Assembly (NCBI GenBank): GCA_043228905.1
Contig: JBHGNT010000016.1
Location: 7,812,001-7,876,000, forward strand
Source: Azolla caroliniana
Taxonomy: Eukaryota > Plantae > Polypodiophyta
Reading direction: 5' to 3'
DNA: 64,000 nt
The position numbers and the translations under genes were made by a program. Positions 38,401-51,300 of the stretch are shown here, one piece after another (position 1 is the stretch's first letter; the number at the start of each line of letters is the position of its first letter). The notes beneath the pieces are model-generated. The model was not told the origin of the DNA, made no database searches, and was given only the letters and a program-made list of their open reading frames with translations.

Positions 38401-41400
38401 TTGTACATGTCATGCCCTGCGACTGCATCCAGTACGTTGTCAGTGAAAGGTAAAGGGAATGCGTCTGAAATGGTTACGACGTTCAATTTCCGGTAGTCCA
38501 CGCACACACGTATTTTTCCATTTTTCTTTGGTACGACTACTATCGGGCTTAACCATGTAGCTTGCTTGACTGGTCGAATGAATCCGGCCTTTAGAAGTTT
38601 GTCAATTTCCTCTTTTACGCGAGCCGTGTAATTTGGATTCATGCGGTATCAACATTGTTGAACTGGTTTCGCATCGGTCGCTAAATTGAACTTATGTTGA
38701 TAGAACTTCGGATCTAATCCCTTCATGTCCTCGTGGAACCAAGTGAACACATCTTTATACTTCCTGAGCAGTGCTATCATCGCCTCTCTTTGATCCGGTA
38801 GTAACTCTTTTGCGATGGAGAGGAATCGGGGGTCTGATGTCGTACCTACGTTAACTTCTTCTAGGGTTGAGGCAGCGACTCGTCGTGAAATTTCAATTTC
38901 CTTCTCGAACGCCGCCTATGCTCTGCTTAATTCTAATATCGACTCTAGGTCTGGTTCATAAGCCTCGTCGTGAAGCGCAGTAGGCGTGGCGTAATCTGCC
39001 GCGGTTTCTATTCCGTCAATTTCGAATAGTGGGATGATTCAGGGCTGCTCGTCGAGGTATGCTTCTAACTCTGTATCATCCACCCCCTCCAGCATATTTA
39101 TATCTTCTACGTATAACGGTTTTATCCCCTTGGGTTGTGCCGCCATTTCCTTTGTGGGTACGCAAACCTTGGTGCATCATCGTCGAAAACTGATGCACTT
39201 ATGTTGCCAACTCTATTTGATATTCGCCGAATGAAGCAAGGTCTACCAAGCAGCATAGGATACACTCTTGGGGCGTCGAGGGCGAGCACTACCGCTGAGA
39301 TGTCGAAGCAATATTCGCCGATGATGATGCCTAACTTTCGGATTAAGCCTAAAGGCCTTACTAAGAGGGTATTCGCCATGCGCAGCCAAAACGGGCAAGC
39401 TTCCCATTCTGAAATTCCCAATTGTTCACATGTCTTTGCGCTAATTACATTGATGCTAGAGCCTCTGCCGATTACGCATCTTGTGATTTCCTGACCGTGT
39501 AATACCAACTTGATAGCTGGATTGTGGTGATCCACCACCGTTGGTCCATCGCTAGTGTCTGTAAAGTTGGTGGAGACGCTTGCCCCAGGTCTGCTTGTTA
39601 TGCGATCCTCTACGGCTTGGCAGAACCATGGAACTAGTTGAAGTAGCTTCTCCATGGTCAGTGTTATTTCACAGCCTGCCAGTGCTTGCCATATGGGATC
39701 TGGGGATATTATGTCTTCCTCTAATGGCCCAACATTGTTTGCAGACTCCTGCCGCATGCGCTCCGTATTGGCCACGTTCGCTTTTTCGACCCATGCTTGG
39801 GCCGTCTAACGTATCACATCTTGCGTAGCCCAATCAACATTTTTCGTTTGCTGGCTTGTCGTAACTTGCTTAACTTCCGCCATAATCGTATTGACAGCGG
39901 GGCCCTTGCCCTTGCGGAGTGGACATTGAGTGGCATAATGTCCGGGTTGTTGGCAAACGAAACAATGGACACTGGATTCGCCTTTCTCGGCAGTTGGTGG
40001 CGTGTTCCTCTCCCCAGGTGTGACTTGCTCTTCCTGGTCTTGGTTTATTCTTCTGAATTTCCGCGGTGGTTGTTGTTGGTCCCGGTGCGGCTCCTGGTGC
40101 CGGTCATCTTGCGAACTTTCGTTGTAACGTCGTTGGTCCCTATACTGTCGATGTTTCCCGCAAGGCCCATTGAAGCCACTACGTTTGTTCGTCGGTCGGT
40201 AGTTTTCGTAATGTCGTCCTCCTTTATTGTATTTGCAGTTGCCTCAGTAGTCTTCGTCCTTTGGCTCTTCTTCCTCGGAATCGTTGTTATTCCGTCGATT
40301 CCGGTAGTGCCGGTCGTCGCGTAGATTTCGATCTGTATATCGGGGTCGCTCTTCTTGGCGCCTTTGATCATTTCAGCGAGGTGGTAGTTGTGTTTCTACG
40401 GTTTGTATTGTGGGCGTAGGTCTGTTCGGCATATTGTATTCACACTGCTCGACCGTGGGTGCTTTGGAGTGACAAATTGGGCAGTGGATTCGCATGTTGC
40501 ATTCCACTACGAAATGCCCAGAATTGAGGCAAATCATGCACTGGATTTCCTGATGAAAATGTTGTTCCTCATCCTAAGGTAACGCTTGTCATAATGAGGA
40601 CATAGAAAACCGTTCCTCTTCTTCGTCCAGCTCGAGCTGTAACGGCCACTCTATGACCATATCGGTTGTTTCTCCTTTCACGTTATTGTGGTTGAGCGTC
40701 GTCAGTATAGGTCGCCGTAAGGCTGCCAGAAATGTCTCCCGAGCCTCGTCCTCTATCGGTCCCCGTTCTAATTTCCGCTGCAGATTTTGGAAGCGTAAAC
40801 TGAAGTTCGTGACAATCTCAGCTGGCAACTATTTGATTGTATAGAACTACCCGAGGATTTCGCGTTGCGACACCCTCCGATGGAAGAAACGCAGAAAGGC
40901 CGACTACAACTGATCGAAGGTCGTGATTGTTAGCAGATCCATCTACGAATGCCAAAACGTAGCTCTACCATCCAGAGTTAATCCAAACTCTGTCATTTTG
41001 GATTGGTGCGCTACTTCTTCTGGAAGTCTCTACGCCATATGATTCACATTCCAGACATTCAAGAACAAGCGAATGTGGGTTGCGGTGCCTGTTTCGCGAT
41101 TGAAGCGGGGATAGGAGAAGGCCATGTTGGACGCTACAGTGAGCAAGGAAAGACCACAGTACTTGTGTGGTGACGGAACTTTGTGCATCTCACCAGGGTA
41201 TTTGGTGAGTGGGAAGTCGACTTTGTGGTCCCGACAAATATCACTGAGGTCACTCAGGCGAGGTTTTTGCCTTACACGTTCCTCTGCCTGCTTGTGATTG
41301 GTCAGTCTTGTCGTGTTGGTTCTCTGGGACGTCTACGGCTAAACATCCATTCGTCATTGTTCGTCTGCGAGAAGACACAGATCACCAAGCGTGCCAAACG

Positions 41401-41872
41401 TGTTACCGATTAGGAACACCGTCTACGGCCAGTCCTTCGACGTAGACTTCAAGGTGACTATGTTGCGAAGAATGGTACCATCGCACCGTAATACGTAATG
41501 GGATACTCCCTCATATCCTAGTAGCATATAAGGGAGACGGCTACAACCAAATTCCCTAGGAAGTGCACTAGTATTCGCACTTACGCCTACACCCTTACGA
41601 TTAGTAGTACGCAACAGACAACAAAGAACACAATAGATAAAAAACCACAGATACGCACAGAACTCAAAGAAGATAGTATTCTATTACGAAAGCACTCTCT
41701 GTGCCAAAATTACACGCTACCTCTTACAGAGGATTTCTGTCCTTTATATACACATAATGTCTTTTAGCCGTTCACGCTTCCCGCGTGAACTGTTACATGC
41801 ATTTCTTACGCTTTTACTATATTCTAATATTTCTGCGCTTTTGTTCGTCAGTTACTATTCTGGCGAACAACA
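35425..41872 (-). mobile_element. Non-chromovirus gypsy element with dissimilar terminal LTR-like segments (35425-35875 and 41401-41872)
   Basis: Outer ends TGTTGTTCG...CGAACAACA; PBS-like TGGCACGC at ~41396 on minus; no TSD; flanks belong to different copia elements. Confidence 0.8.
35900..41125 (-). pseudogene. Decayed gypsy gag-pol
   Basis: WLSPIVVVPKKNGKIRVCVDYRKLN, FLDGFSGYNQV, FLDDF, YSTTEREALG, KWGLDFVGP, AESTNK; acidic tail after integrase. Confidence 0.92.
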
Positions 41873-41941
41873 CTCTCTTCCTCTCATACTCTCACATACA
41901 CACACACATCACATAAATGTCAGCTACTTAATCACATACGT

Positions 41942-42906
41942 TGTCGTGAAGATCCGTCACTACGCGCGGATCGTGAGGCGAAACCGTCGGGGTTCTGGAT
42001 CGAAAGGACTCGAAGTTTGCACTAGCTTTAGCAAGAAAGGAATTAAGACAGCTTGAAAGAGAGAGAGATTGAGATAAGATAGAACACTTGATTTTAGATT
42101 GAGAGAGAGATTAAGATTGAACTCTTGACTTTAGATTTGAAGAACAAGATTAATACATCAGTTGGATAACGAATTTTCTTCTTAATATTAATTTTGATAT
42201 AAAGCTCTCATGTATGAGAATTTACATGTAAAGTTACAATGATAAAAATATAATTCCAAGAAAATGTGTTGGCTTAGTGGTAAGCTTATTGACTCTTAAT
42301 TTAGAGGTGTAAGGTTCAAATCCTTACTTTCCCTCCTTGTGTATATGTATAAATATTTAAATTTATTTATTTATCTAGCTAGCCGCCGGTCGCCGGTTGT
42401 CGGATGCCCGTTCCGTCACCGGATGTCGGTTACCGTCCAGTCGCCGGATGTCGGTTACTGTTTGGTCACCGGATCCCGGTTCCGTCGTCGATCCGGTTTT
42501 GGTTGGCCAAAACCTTTGGAAGTAGCCAAGGCACACCCATTCATCCAATAGCTTAGTTCAAGTCATCTTGAACTCTCTATACTCCATACATAGACGCAAA
42601 GATAATAGCTTTTGCTCTACCTTATATATGGTGAGATCCTCATTTATCCTGTCTATGTGGGATATCTCACAATTTTATTTTTCTCTTTATCTTTGCAAAC
42701 TTCTTACCCACATAAGTTGACACTTAGATGTCTATTTCTTATGTAGTAAAGTGCATCTAAAAGCTCTTCAAGACCTCCATCTTTTTGTACTAAGATATTA
42801 AACTTACTTAAAATTAGTATCTTCACTATTATTGTTTTATATGAATCACACTCAATTTCGTAAGTTTTATGTGATTTTCACACCATTGCCAAAAATCTTC
42901 ACGACA
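41942..42906 (-). mobile_element. Solo LTR, TGTCGTGAAGAT family, 4-bp TSD ACGT
   Basis: 12-bp terminal inverted repeats TGTCGTGAAGAT/ATCTTCACGACA; removing it restores the host LTR seen at ~53781. Confidence 0.88.
42265..42330 (+). ncRNA. tRNA-Lys(CTT)-like Pol III module within LTR
   Basis: TGGCTTAGTGG A box, CTCTTAA anticodon-loop-like heptamer, GGTTCAAATCC B box with TAAGG/CCTTA stem. Confidence 0.6.
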
Positions 42907-45682
42907 ACGTGATTAACTATTCACATAATTAGATATTAATTAACCCTTAGTTAATTACCTAATTATTAACACGGTATCAAAGTGTGTGGTTTAGCATATC
43001 TACTAAGCCCACCCGATTCATTGTGATTGTGTGTTCAATACCCCAAGAGAAATCCGACCATCCACTACCATAGTGCCGTTACGTAGCACGTATATGTGAC
43101 TGAAGGAAGAAAAGTCAAAAAGGAAGACACTACATCAACATGAACACACAAATGGGTAGCTCACTCCCTAGTGAAAAACTAGATCAGATCAATTTTTCAT
43201 CTTGGGAACTTACAAGATGAACAAATACCTAGTCGGCCAAGGGTATTGGAGCTACATCGACAGCGCACTCGAAAACAAAGCCGACATCACAAATGCTCAC
43301 ACGTGTATTGTTTGGCAACATGTGTCCACGATCACATTCTTTGTCACATTCGTGAGTCCAAGACACCTAAAGAAGCGTGGTTGAATTTGAGAAGAATCTT
43401 CACTACCAACACGACCGCCCGCAAGCTTCAACTCCAGCAAGAGTTGAACAACATTTGTCAAAAAGATATGATCGTGTTAGACTACACGAGCAAGATCAAG
43501 AACATTTGTGATTCACTTAGCTCCATTAATATAAACATCAAACAGGACGAGATGGTGCAAGTGTGCTTGGGTGGCCTTGCACAACAATTCGACCCAATAA
43601 GGACGACAATATTAACGAGGAAGAACCCTCCTTTGTTCTTACGACCTTCAATCCATGTTATTGGTCGAAGAGAATCATGTTAGAACAAAAAGTAAGATGT
43701 TGGAAGGAAAGATGTTCTTCTCTAACTCGGAAGGTGGTTGAGGATGTGATCGAGGTGGAAGAGGTCGTTTTGACCAAGGCAAAGGAGGACGAGTCAGTTG
43801 GAATCACAATAGTAACTCAACCCTTCAGCAACCAAATGGAAATACTCGAGGAACCTATGGAAGAAGGGGGAGATTTCTTACCAAACATGGTCGGCAAATC
43901 AAGCTCGTTACTCGCAACTACCGTGGTAAGATTGGCCACCGCGAACAGGAGTGCGAAAAGAAAAGAAGTGAGTCTGCTTCCACAAGTCAGGAAGTCACCA
44001 ACTACACCACTAACTCCAAATTCGAAAACTATGGAGGCATGTTCTTCATGAAGCACAAAGCGAACACCATGTCAGCATCTGGTTTGGCCAACACATCTAC
44101 ATCAAAAGAGGTATGGTTCGTCGACTCATGCACCTTAAATCACATGATGTCCCACGTAGAGTAGTTCAATGACTTGTGTACGCCTGATCAACCTGGCTAC
44201 GTGGAGACGAGAGACGACACCACACACACCATTCGACATATCGGCAATGTTCCTCTCAGCATGGCCAACAACAATTGCATCAGGAATGTCCTGCACATTC
44301 CAACAATAACGAAGAATTTGGTCTCGGTCAGCCTAATCGTGGAGCAAGGTATGTAGGTTTGTTTTAACAATGAAAGTTGCTTTATAGAAAAGAATGGCCG
44401 ACTCATTGCCGAAGGAAGAAGAGAAGGTCGAATGTTTATTCTCAATTTAGATGAGGTAAAATCGGCCATGTATGCCAAAGGCCTCAAAGTTGAGACGAAT
44501 ATCGAGTTGTGGCACAAGAGAATCGGCAACATCAACCTCCAATGGCTCCAAGCTATGCAATCAAAGGGAGTCGTTATCGGCCTTCTGACATTTGGGTCAA
44601 AACAAGTCAACCGAGGGTGCGAAGCATGTCAACTCGGCAAACAACATCAACTCCCATTCCCAAAAGAGGGACAGGTAAGCGACAGCCTCCTTGACGTAGT
44701 CCACTCGGATGTATGGGGGCCGACTCAAATGTTGACGATCGGTGGATGCCGATAGTACAAAGAGTGAAGTGCTCTCCCACTTCCAAAAGCTCAAGGGTCA
44801 AGTGGAGAAGGAAACGGTGCCTGCGATCAGATGGAGGGAAGGAGTACTTCTCCGATGAATTCATCTCCTATCCTCAAGGGGAAGACATACAGAGAGAATT
44901 TTCATGCCGACACACACCCCAACAGAATGGTGTAACCGAAAGAAAGAATCAGTACATACTCGAGGTAGCAGGCACCATGTTGCATGAAAAGCACATGGCA
45001 AAATATTATTGGGCCGAAGCGGCATCCACAACCGTCTACATTATGAAGCGATGTGCAACTACTAGAGCACACAAACTAACCCCACACGAGGTGTATATTG
45101 GAAAGAAGCTGACTCTGTCACATCTAAGAGTGTTTGGAAGCATTGCATATGTTCACATCCTAAACGAAAAACGAAAAAAGCTCAACCCGAAGTCGGAAAG
45201 GTGCATCTTCATGGGATATTCATCCGAATAAAAGGGATATAAGTGTTTCAACCCTTCTACCCATTCGGTTATCTTCGACGAATCATCATCCTGGTATGAA
45301 CCCGATTCGACTTCGTCCGACCTGACTGAGGAAGAGTCAGACATCATCTCCTATCACGACATTCAGCCAAGACCTATACCTGCTAGCCCAAGCTCAACCA
45401 TGATGAGCACACCATCGGAGTAGCCAAGAAATCGAAGCACAACACAATCATCAGTCAGGATGGACAAAGGTAAAGGTAAGATGCCTGAATACGAAGTCGA
45501 CCATCCTAGTGAACGTGATTCAGACCAGTCGGCTTGCTTGCTTGACAATGAGTTTAGAGTGCCCATTATGCGGACCTCCATTGCACAAGAAGACGATCGG
45601 TTGCCGATGGATATACAAGATAAAGCACAACGTCGACGGCTCCATCAACTAATACAAAGCTCAGCTTGTCGTTAAGGGGTAT

Positions 45683-46152
45683 TGTTAATAATTAGGTAAT
45701 TAACTAGGGTTAATCAGGGTCTAATTATGTGAGTATTGATAAAGCAACGGAAGATTATGTGATTGTGTGTGTATGTGTGTGAGAGGAAGAGAGAGGGGAA
45801 GATACACTTCTGAACAATAATATAAATGGGGGATGATTAACAAGAGTGTAGCTAAAGACCTTTCTTTATATTAATAAGCATCAAAATACAACGATATCCT
45901 CTATGAGATATATATACACCTCATGTGCAAGGGTGCACATGTGTGAGGAGAATATAGGTACAAATGTGTAAGTCCTATATTAAATTAACTTGGTAGTGGA
46001 GGATCTAGAATGTATCCCCACTTACGTACAAGTACAAGATCTTATTTAAGGGTTAAAAGGTCAACACACTAACTAGATTCTATCTAGGTAACTACTAGTA
46101 AGTTACGTGGTTAACTAAATGGCTAAACTAAGTTGAGCTTGATATCTCAACA
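45683..46152 (-). mobile_element. Solo LTR of the host copia's own family, inverted, TSD GGTAT
   Basis: Reverse complement matches 53415-53854 (TGTTGAGATATCAAGCTCAACT...ATTATTAACA); GGTAT on both sides. Confidence 0.92.
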
Positions 46153-47169
46153 GGTATGCTCAAACCCATGGCATCGACTACGAAGAAACCTTTGCCCCAG
46201 TGGCAAAGATGACCATGATTTGGACAATCCTAGCACTCACGGCAGCAAAAGGGTGGCACCTCCACCAAATGGACGTGAAAAATGCGTTCCTCCAAGGCGA
46301 GCTAGAGGACGAGGTGTACATGGTCCAACCACCCGACTACACATTGAAATCACATCCGAATGTCGTATGCCGACTCAAGAAACCCCCTTTACGGCCTCAA
46401 GAAGGCGCCAAAGGCTTCTCATTCAAAGATCACGCAATCCTTGCACCGAATCAGTTTTCAAATGTCTAAATCCGACAATTCCTTGTTTATCCGAAGCAAC
46501 TCCAATGGTCTAATCTTCATCATCATATATGTCGATGACTTAGTGATCGGTGGTGAACACCTAGCCGAAATCAACAAGGTCAAGATGCTCCTATCCGGGA
46601 AGTTCGAGATGAAAGACATGAACGAACTTCATTACTTCCTGGGAATCGAGGTCATTCGAACTAGAGATGGTATCTGTCATGATATGGCAAGACTCGAACC
46701 CATGACCTTATGCTACATGGGTCGAGCTCTTACCATTAGACTATGAATTGTATGTTGTAAGATATTATTTTCATTTATGCTTTATCATAGAAAATTGATG
46801 TATATTCCAGATCTCTCTGGAACATTCTAGAAGCTTCAGGATTATTCCTAAAAACACTATAAAAGAAGGCACAAGGCATTGTTTTGAACCAAATTGGTTC
46901 AACACCAGTCTTAAGCCTCTTAATCGATTTGTACTTATCTTTCATATAATATAAGAGCTGTTGTCATCATCCTATCTCTCTCTCTCTCCTCTTCTCACTT
47001 CCTCTCTCTCGGGAATCTTACGCAGTCCCGTCCTCTTAGTACTAATAGTACTACTCTTCTTAGTACTAATTCCATCTCTGTTTTAGTACTATTCCTGACA
47101 GTTTGAACCAATTTTTTCCTCTAGCCTACTTGTCACTCTCCCTCATCCTCCTACCCTTTCCCCTATACT

Positions 47170-48324
47170 ATGGCTACTGTTAGCGCCCAAGAATACCAAT
47201 CCGTTTTCTCCGAGCTACAGTGCCTAAAAGAAAAGTTTGTTGCCTTGGAACAAGAAAACCAACGGCTGATAGGGGATCTGCAACAAATCGCTCTAGAAAA
47301 ACAACAAACGCAACAACAACATGGGGAGTTAGCGTTACGGGTACAACAACTCGAAGCAGCGTTGCAACAAGGATCCAGTCCCCAAGGATTTCATAAAGAG
47401 CCCAAGATTGGACTTCCTGTGAAATTTGATGGAACGCGTTCGCAATTTCGGGGATTCCTTAATCAGGTACGCTTAGTCATCCAGATGCATCCTTCCCGAT
47501 ATCCCACTGATGCATCTCGAGTCGGCCTAATAGGCACGCTACTTAGCGGCTCAGCCTTGGCATGGTTCGCTCCGCTTCTAGAAAAACAATCGCCCTTGCT
47601 TAATAACTTTGAAGATTTTATTGGTGAGTTTAAAGCCTGCTTTGGAGACACCGACAGCATCAGGACGGCGATCAACAAGATCTGGCGATTGCGTCAAGGC
47701 GATCGTCCAGCCTCTGCCTACGCGGCGGATTTCCGCCTACTTGCTTCAGATATACCCTGGGATGATCAAGCACTAATGGAGCAGTTTCGCTATGGCTTGC
47801 GAAACGATGTCAAAGATCTACTTCTAACTTTCCCCGAAGAACCAAAGTCTCTTACGGAGGCAATCAGTCGAGCAGTTCGATGTGACAACCGCCTTTTTGA
47901 ACGGCGTTCAGAACGTCAATTACAGATACCACGATCTAGGCCAGAGCCCACTTACGCCGCAGTCGCGGCTAAACCGTTCGCACGAGACATACCTCAAGCA
48001 AATACTTCGACACCGATGGAGATCGATACCATGCGTCGACGCGGCCCGTTATCGGAAGAGGAAAAGCAACGACGACGTGCCAATCGATTATGCCTTTATT
48101 GCGGTGGACCAGGACATATCGCCATCAATTGTCCCCATAGGCCAAGGAGACAGGTAAATCAAATCGTCGCCTGTACTAAACCTGAGTCAATTCTTCCCTT
48201 CGGAGTGTCTGATAGTAGTAATAGTACTAATAGAGTGTCAGATAGTATTCATAGTACTAATAGCCCAAGTATCTCAAATAAATTTGAAATCCTTAGTCAA
48301 TTAGATGAAGAGTTAAACGATTGA
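47170..48324 (+). CDS. Gag (coiled coil, capsid, CCHC zinc knuckle), PEG10/sushi-like
   Basis: 384-aa ORF with PVKFDGTRSQFRGFL, LRQG...AYAADF, PMEID, CLYCGGPGHIAINC. Confidence 0.95.
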   Translation: MATVSAQEYQSVFSELQCLKEKFVALEQENQRLIGDLQQIALEKQQTQQQHGELALRVQQLEAALQQGSSPQGFHKEPKIGLPVKFDGTRSQFRGFLNQVRLVIQMHPSRYPTDASRVGLIGTLLSGSALAWFAPLLEKQSPLLNNFEDFIGEFKACFGDTDSIRTAINKIWRLRQGDRPASAYAADFRLLASDIPWDDQALMEQFRYGLRNDVKDLLLTFPEEPKSLTEAISRAVRCDNRLFERRSERQLQIPRSRPEPTYAAVAAKPFARDIPQANTSTPMEIDTMRRRGPLSEEEKQRRRANRLCLYCGGPGHIAINCPHRPRRQVNQIVACTKPESILPFGVSDSSNSTNRVSDSIHSTNSPSISNKFEILSQLDEELND

Positions 48325-48367
48325 GTCCAGCCAAAATAGGAGCCATTTGGTTGGACAGCAGCCCTAG
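48312..48367 (+). promoter_or_regulatory. Putative -1 ribosomal frameshift signal
   Basis: G_TTA_AAC in the gag frame within the 16-nt gag/pol overlap; 6-nt spacer; 11-bp stem 48325-48335/48346-48356. Confidence 0.7.
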
Positions 48368-51300
48368 ATCTGTACAGCCCATTAGTGGTTCCATTCCTTC
48401 CAAGCAAGTTAGCAATGTGTTCCTAGCCCAAGTCATTGTTAGTACTAAAAGTACTCCCCCAGTACCCGTCCTAGCACTTTTAGATTCCGGAGCTAATTCC
48501 TGTTTCATGGATCGAAATTTTGCCCAAGCTTCTCAGATATCCTTAAGAAAACTTCCTTGTCCCGCATCTGTAGTGGTCATTGATGGTCGTCCCATTGCTT
48601 CCGGGAATATTGTAGAAGAATCAGAACCCATTCAAGTTGTCCTAGGTAGTTTTGTGTGTATAATATCATTTAATATAATTAGTAGTCCAGAGCATCCCAT
48701 TGTCCTAGGATTACCTTGGCTTGAATTACATAATCCAGCCATAGATTGGAGAACAAGAGAAGTCCGATATCGACCACCCCAAGAATCAACTCGCCGAGTT
48801 TCGACCATTTCACTCCATCAACTACGTGAAGAAGGACCCAAGGAGGCAATGTTCCTATTTTCCATATCAGTACATCCTTCCAGCACTATTAAGAAGGACT
48901 CCTCAGTACAACTTCCGGCAAAATATCATCCTTATGCCGATGTATTTGACAAGGTAAAAGCCGGTACCCTTCCTCATCACCGTCCCTATGACTGTCCCAT
49001 CGATTTACAACCAGGAACCGAGCCACCATGGGGACCAATTTACAACCTGTCACCCACCGAGTTAGAAGTCCTTCGAGCCTACATAGAGGAGAACTTGGCA
49101 AGCGGGTTCATCCGTCATTCGAAATCTCCGGCCGGTGCACCCATCTTCTTTGTCAAGAAGAAAGATGGCTCACTTCGTCTTGTCGTTGATTACCGCGGAT
49201 TAAATAAAGTCACCATCCGGAATAGGTATGCACTTCCTCTTATATCAAGTCTTTTAGAGCGAGTTAATGGTGCCAAGTTTTTTACTAAAATCGACCTACG
49301 CGGAGCGTATAATCTCGTGCGGATCCGACCGGGAGATGAGTGGAAGACCGCTTTTCGCACGCGGTATGGGCATTTCGAGTATACTGTTATGCCGTTTGGC
49401 CTAACCAATGCACCCGCAGTCTTCCAACACATGGCAAATGATATATTCAGAGACCTCTTGGATATCTGTTTGATCATTTATCTGGATGATCTGTTGATTT
49501 ATTCGAAGACCCAGGAAGAGCACGATTCTCATGTACTATTAGTACTAAAGCGACTCCGCGAGAATGGTCTTTATGCCAAACTAGAAAAATGTAGCTTTGA
49601 CTGCAAGCAAGTGGAATTTCTAGGCTACGTCATCTCCTCAAAGGGCATCGCCATGGATCCAGCTAAGATCCAAACTGTACTAGAGTGGCAAATTCCACGG
49701 TCGGTACGAGATGTACAATGTTTTCTAGGTTTTGCTAACTTCTACCGTAAGTTTATACAGGGTTACTCGAAGATTATTTTACCTCTCACACAACTTACGA
49801 AGAAGGGCCAAGCATTTCTTTGGTCCATTGAAGCAGATATGGCTTTTCGGCATCTTAAGAAAGCCTTTACATCAGCACCGATTCTAGCTCATGTGGATAC
49901 AAGCAAACCATTCATCATGGAGGCCGACGCATCAGATTTCGCCCTCGGTAGCATCCTTTCTCAACAAGGTGATAAAGAAGAGTTGCATCCGGTGGCTTTC
50001 CATTCGCGCAAATTCGATGTCGCAGAAATCAACTACGAAATACATGACAAGGAGTTATTAGCCATCGTGGATTCATTTGTACAATGGCGGCATTTCTTAG
50101 AGGGCTCTCCACATCAGGTGATTGTCTTCAGCGATCATAAAAATCTTGCTTATTTTCAGAACGCTCGCGTACTAAATCGACGGCAAGCTCGGTGGGCGCA
50201 ATTCCTCACGCGTTTCGACTTCAAAATCACATATCGACCGGGGAAGCAGCAAGGAAAAGCAGATGCACTATCACGACGTTCATATCTTGCACCTCGTCCT
50301 GGTGACGCAACATTTGATAATCAAAAGCAAGTAATCTTGGGACCAACACGATTGCACACGACGCGGATTTTTCACATCCCGATGGATTCACGGATTACCG
50401 ATGACATACGTGCAACCTTGAAGACGGATAGTTTTGCTCAAGACATCCTGGCGCACATTGATACTTCTCGGGCATCCTGTTCTCAGTCTCAACAACCAGG
50501 TATTGACTACCGACAATTCGAATATCATGATGGTTTGTTATTCTTTAAAAAGCGCGTATATGTCCCCGATTGCTCCTGTCGCCTTCAAATTGTCCAACAT
50601 TGTCACGACACCCATACGGCGGGACATTTCGGTAGTACTAAGACGTTGGAACTAGTGCAGCGATCTTTTTGGTGGCCCCACATGCGCCGTTTTGTCGACG
50701 ACTACGTTCGGACCTGTGATGCTTGCTGCCGAGCAAAGATGCCACGACACCATCCATATGGCTTGTTGGAACCTTTACCAATTCCAAGTAAGCCATGGCA
50801 GTCTATTTGTCTTGATTTTATCACAGATCTGCCGGTCTCGAAAGGGTTCGATGCTATCCTAACCGTCGTCGATCGATATACGAAGATGGCACATTTTGTG
50901 CCATGTACTAAAGCCATCACTAGCGAGGAAACCGCCGCTCTTGTTATGCGTGAGGTTTTTTGGCATCATGGCCTCCCAGACAGTATTATCAGTGACCGAG
51001 GCCCGCAATTTGTCTCCAAATTTTGGCAGCATCTCTTCAAGATGCTCAAGGTCTCCTGCAACCTCTCCTCCGGCTACCATCCTCAGACCGACGGACAGGC
51101 GGAACGAACAAACCAAACGCTGGAGCAATATCTCCGGTGTTTCCTGAGTTATCAACAGGACGATTGGGCCGAGATTCTCCACTTTGCGGAGTTTGCGTAT
51201 AATAATGCTATTCACTCCTCGACTCGGGTCTCTCCATTTTTCGCTTATACCGGTTTCCATCCTCGCTGGACGGTGATCGACACTCCGGAGCTACTTACCA

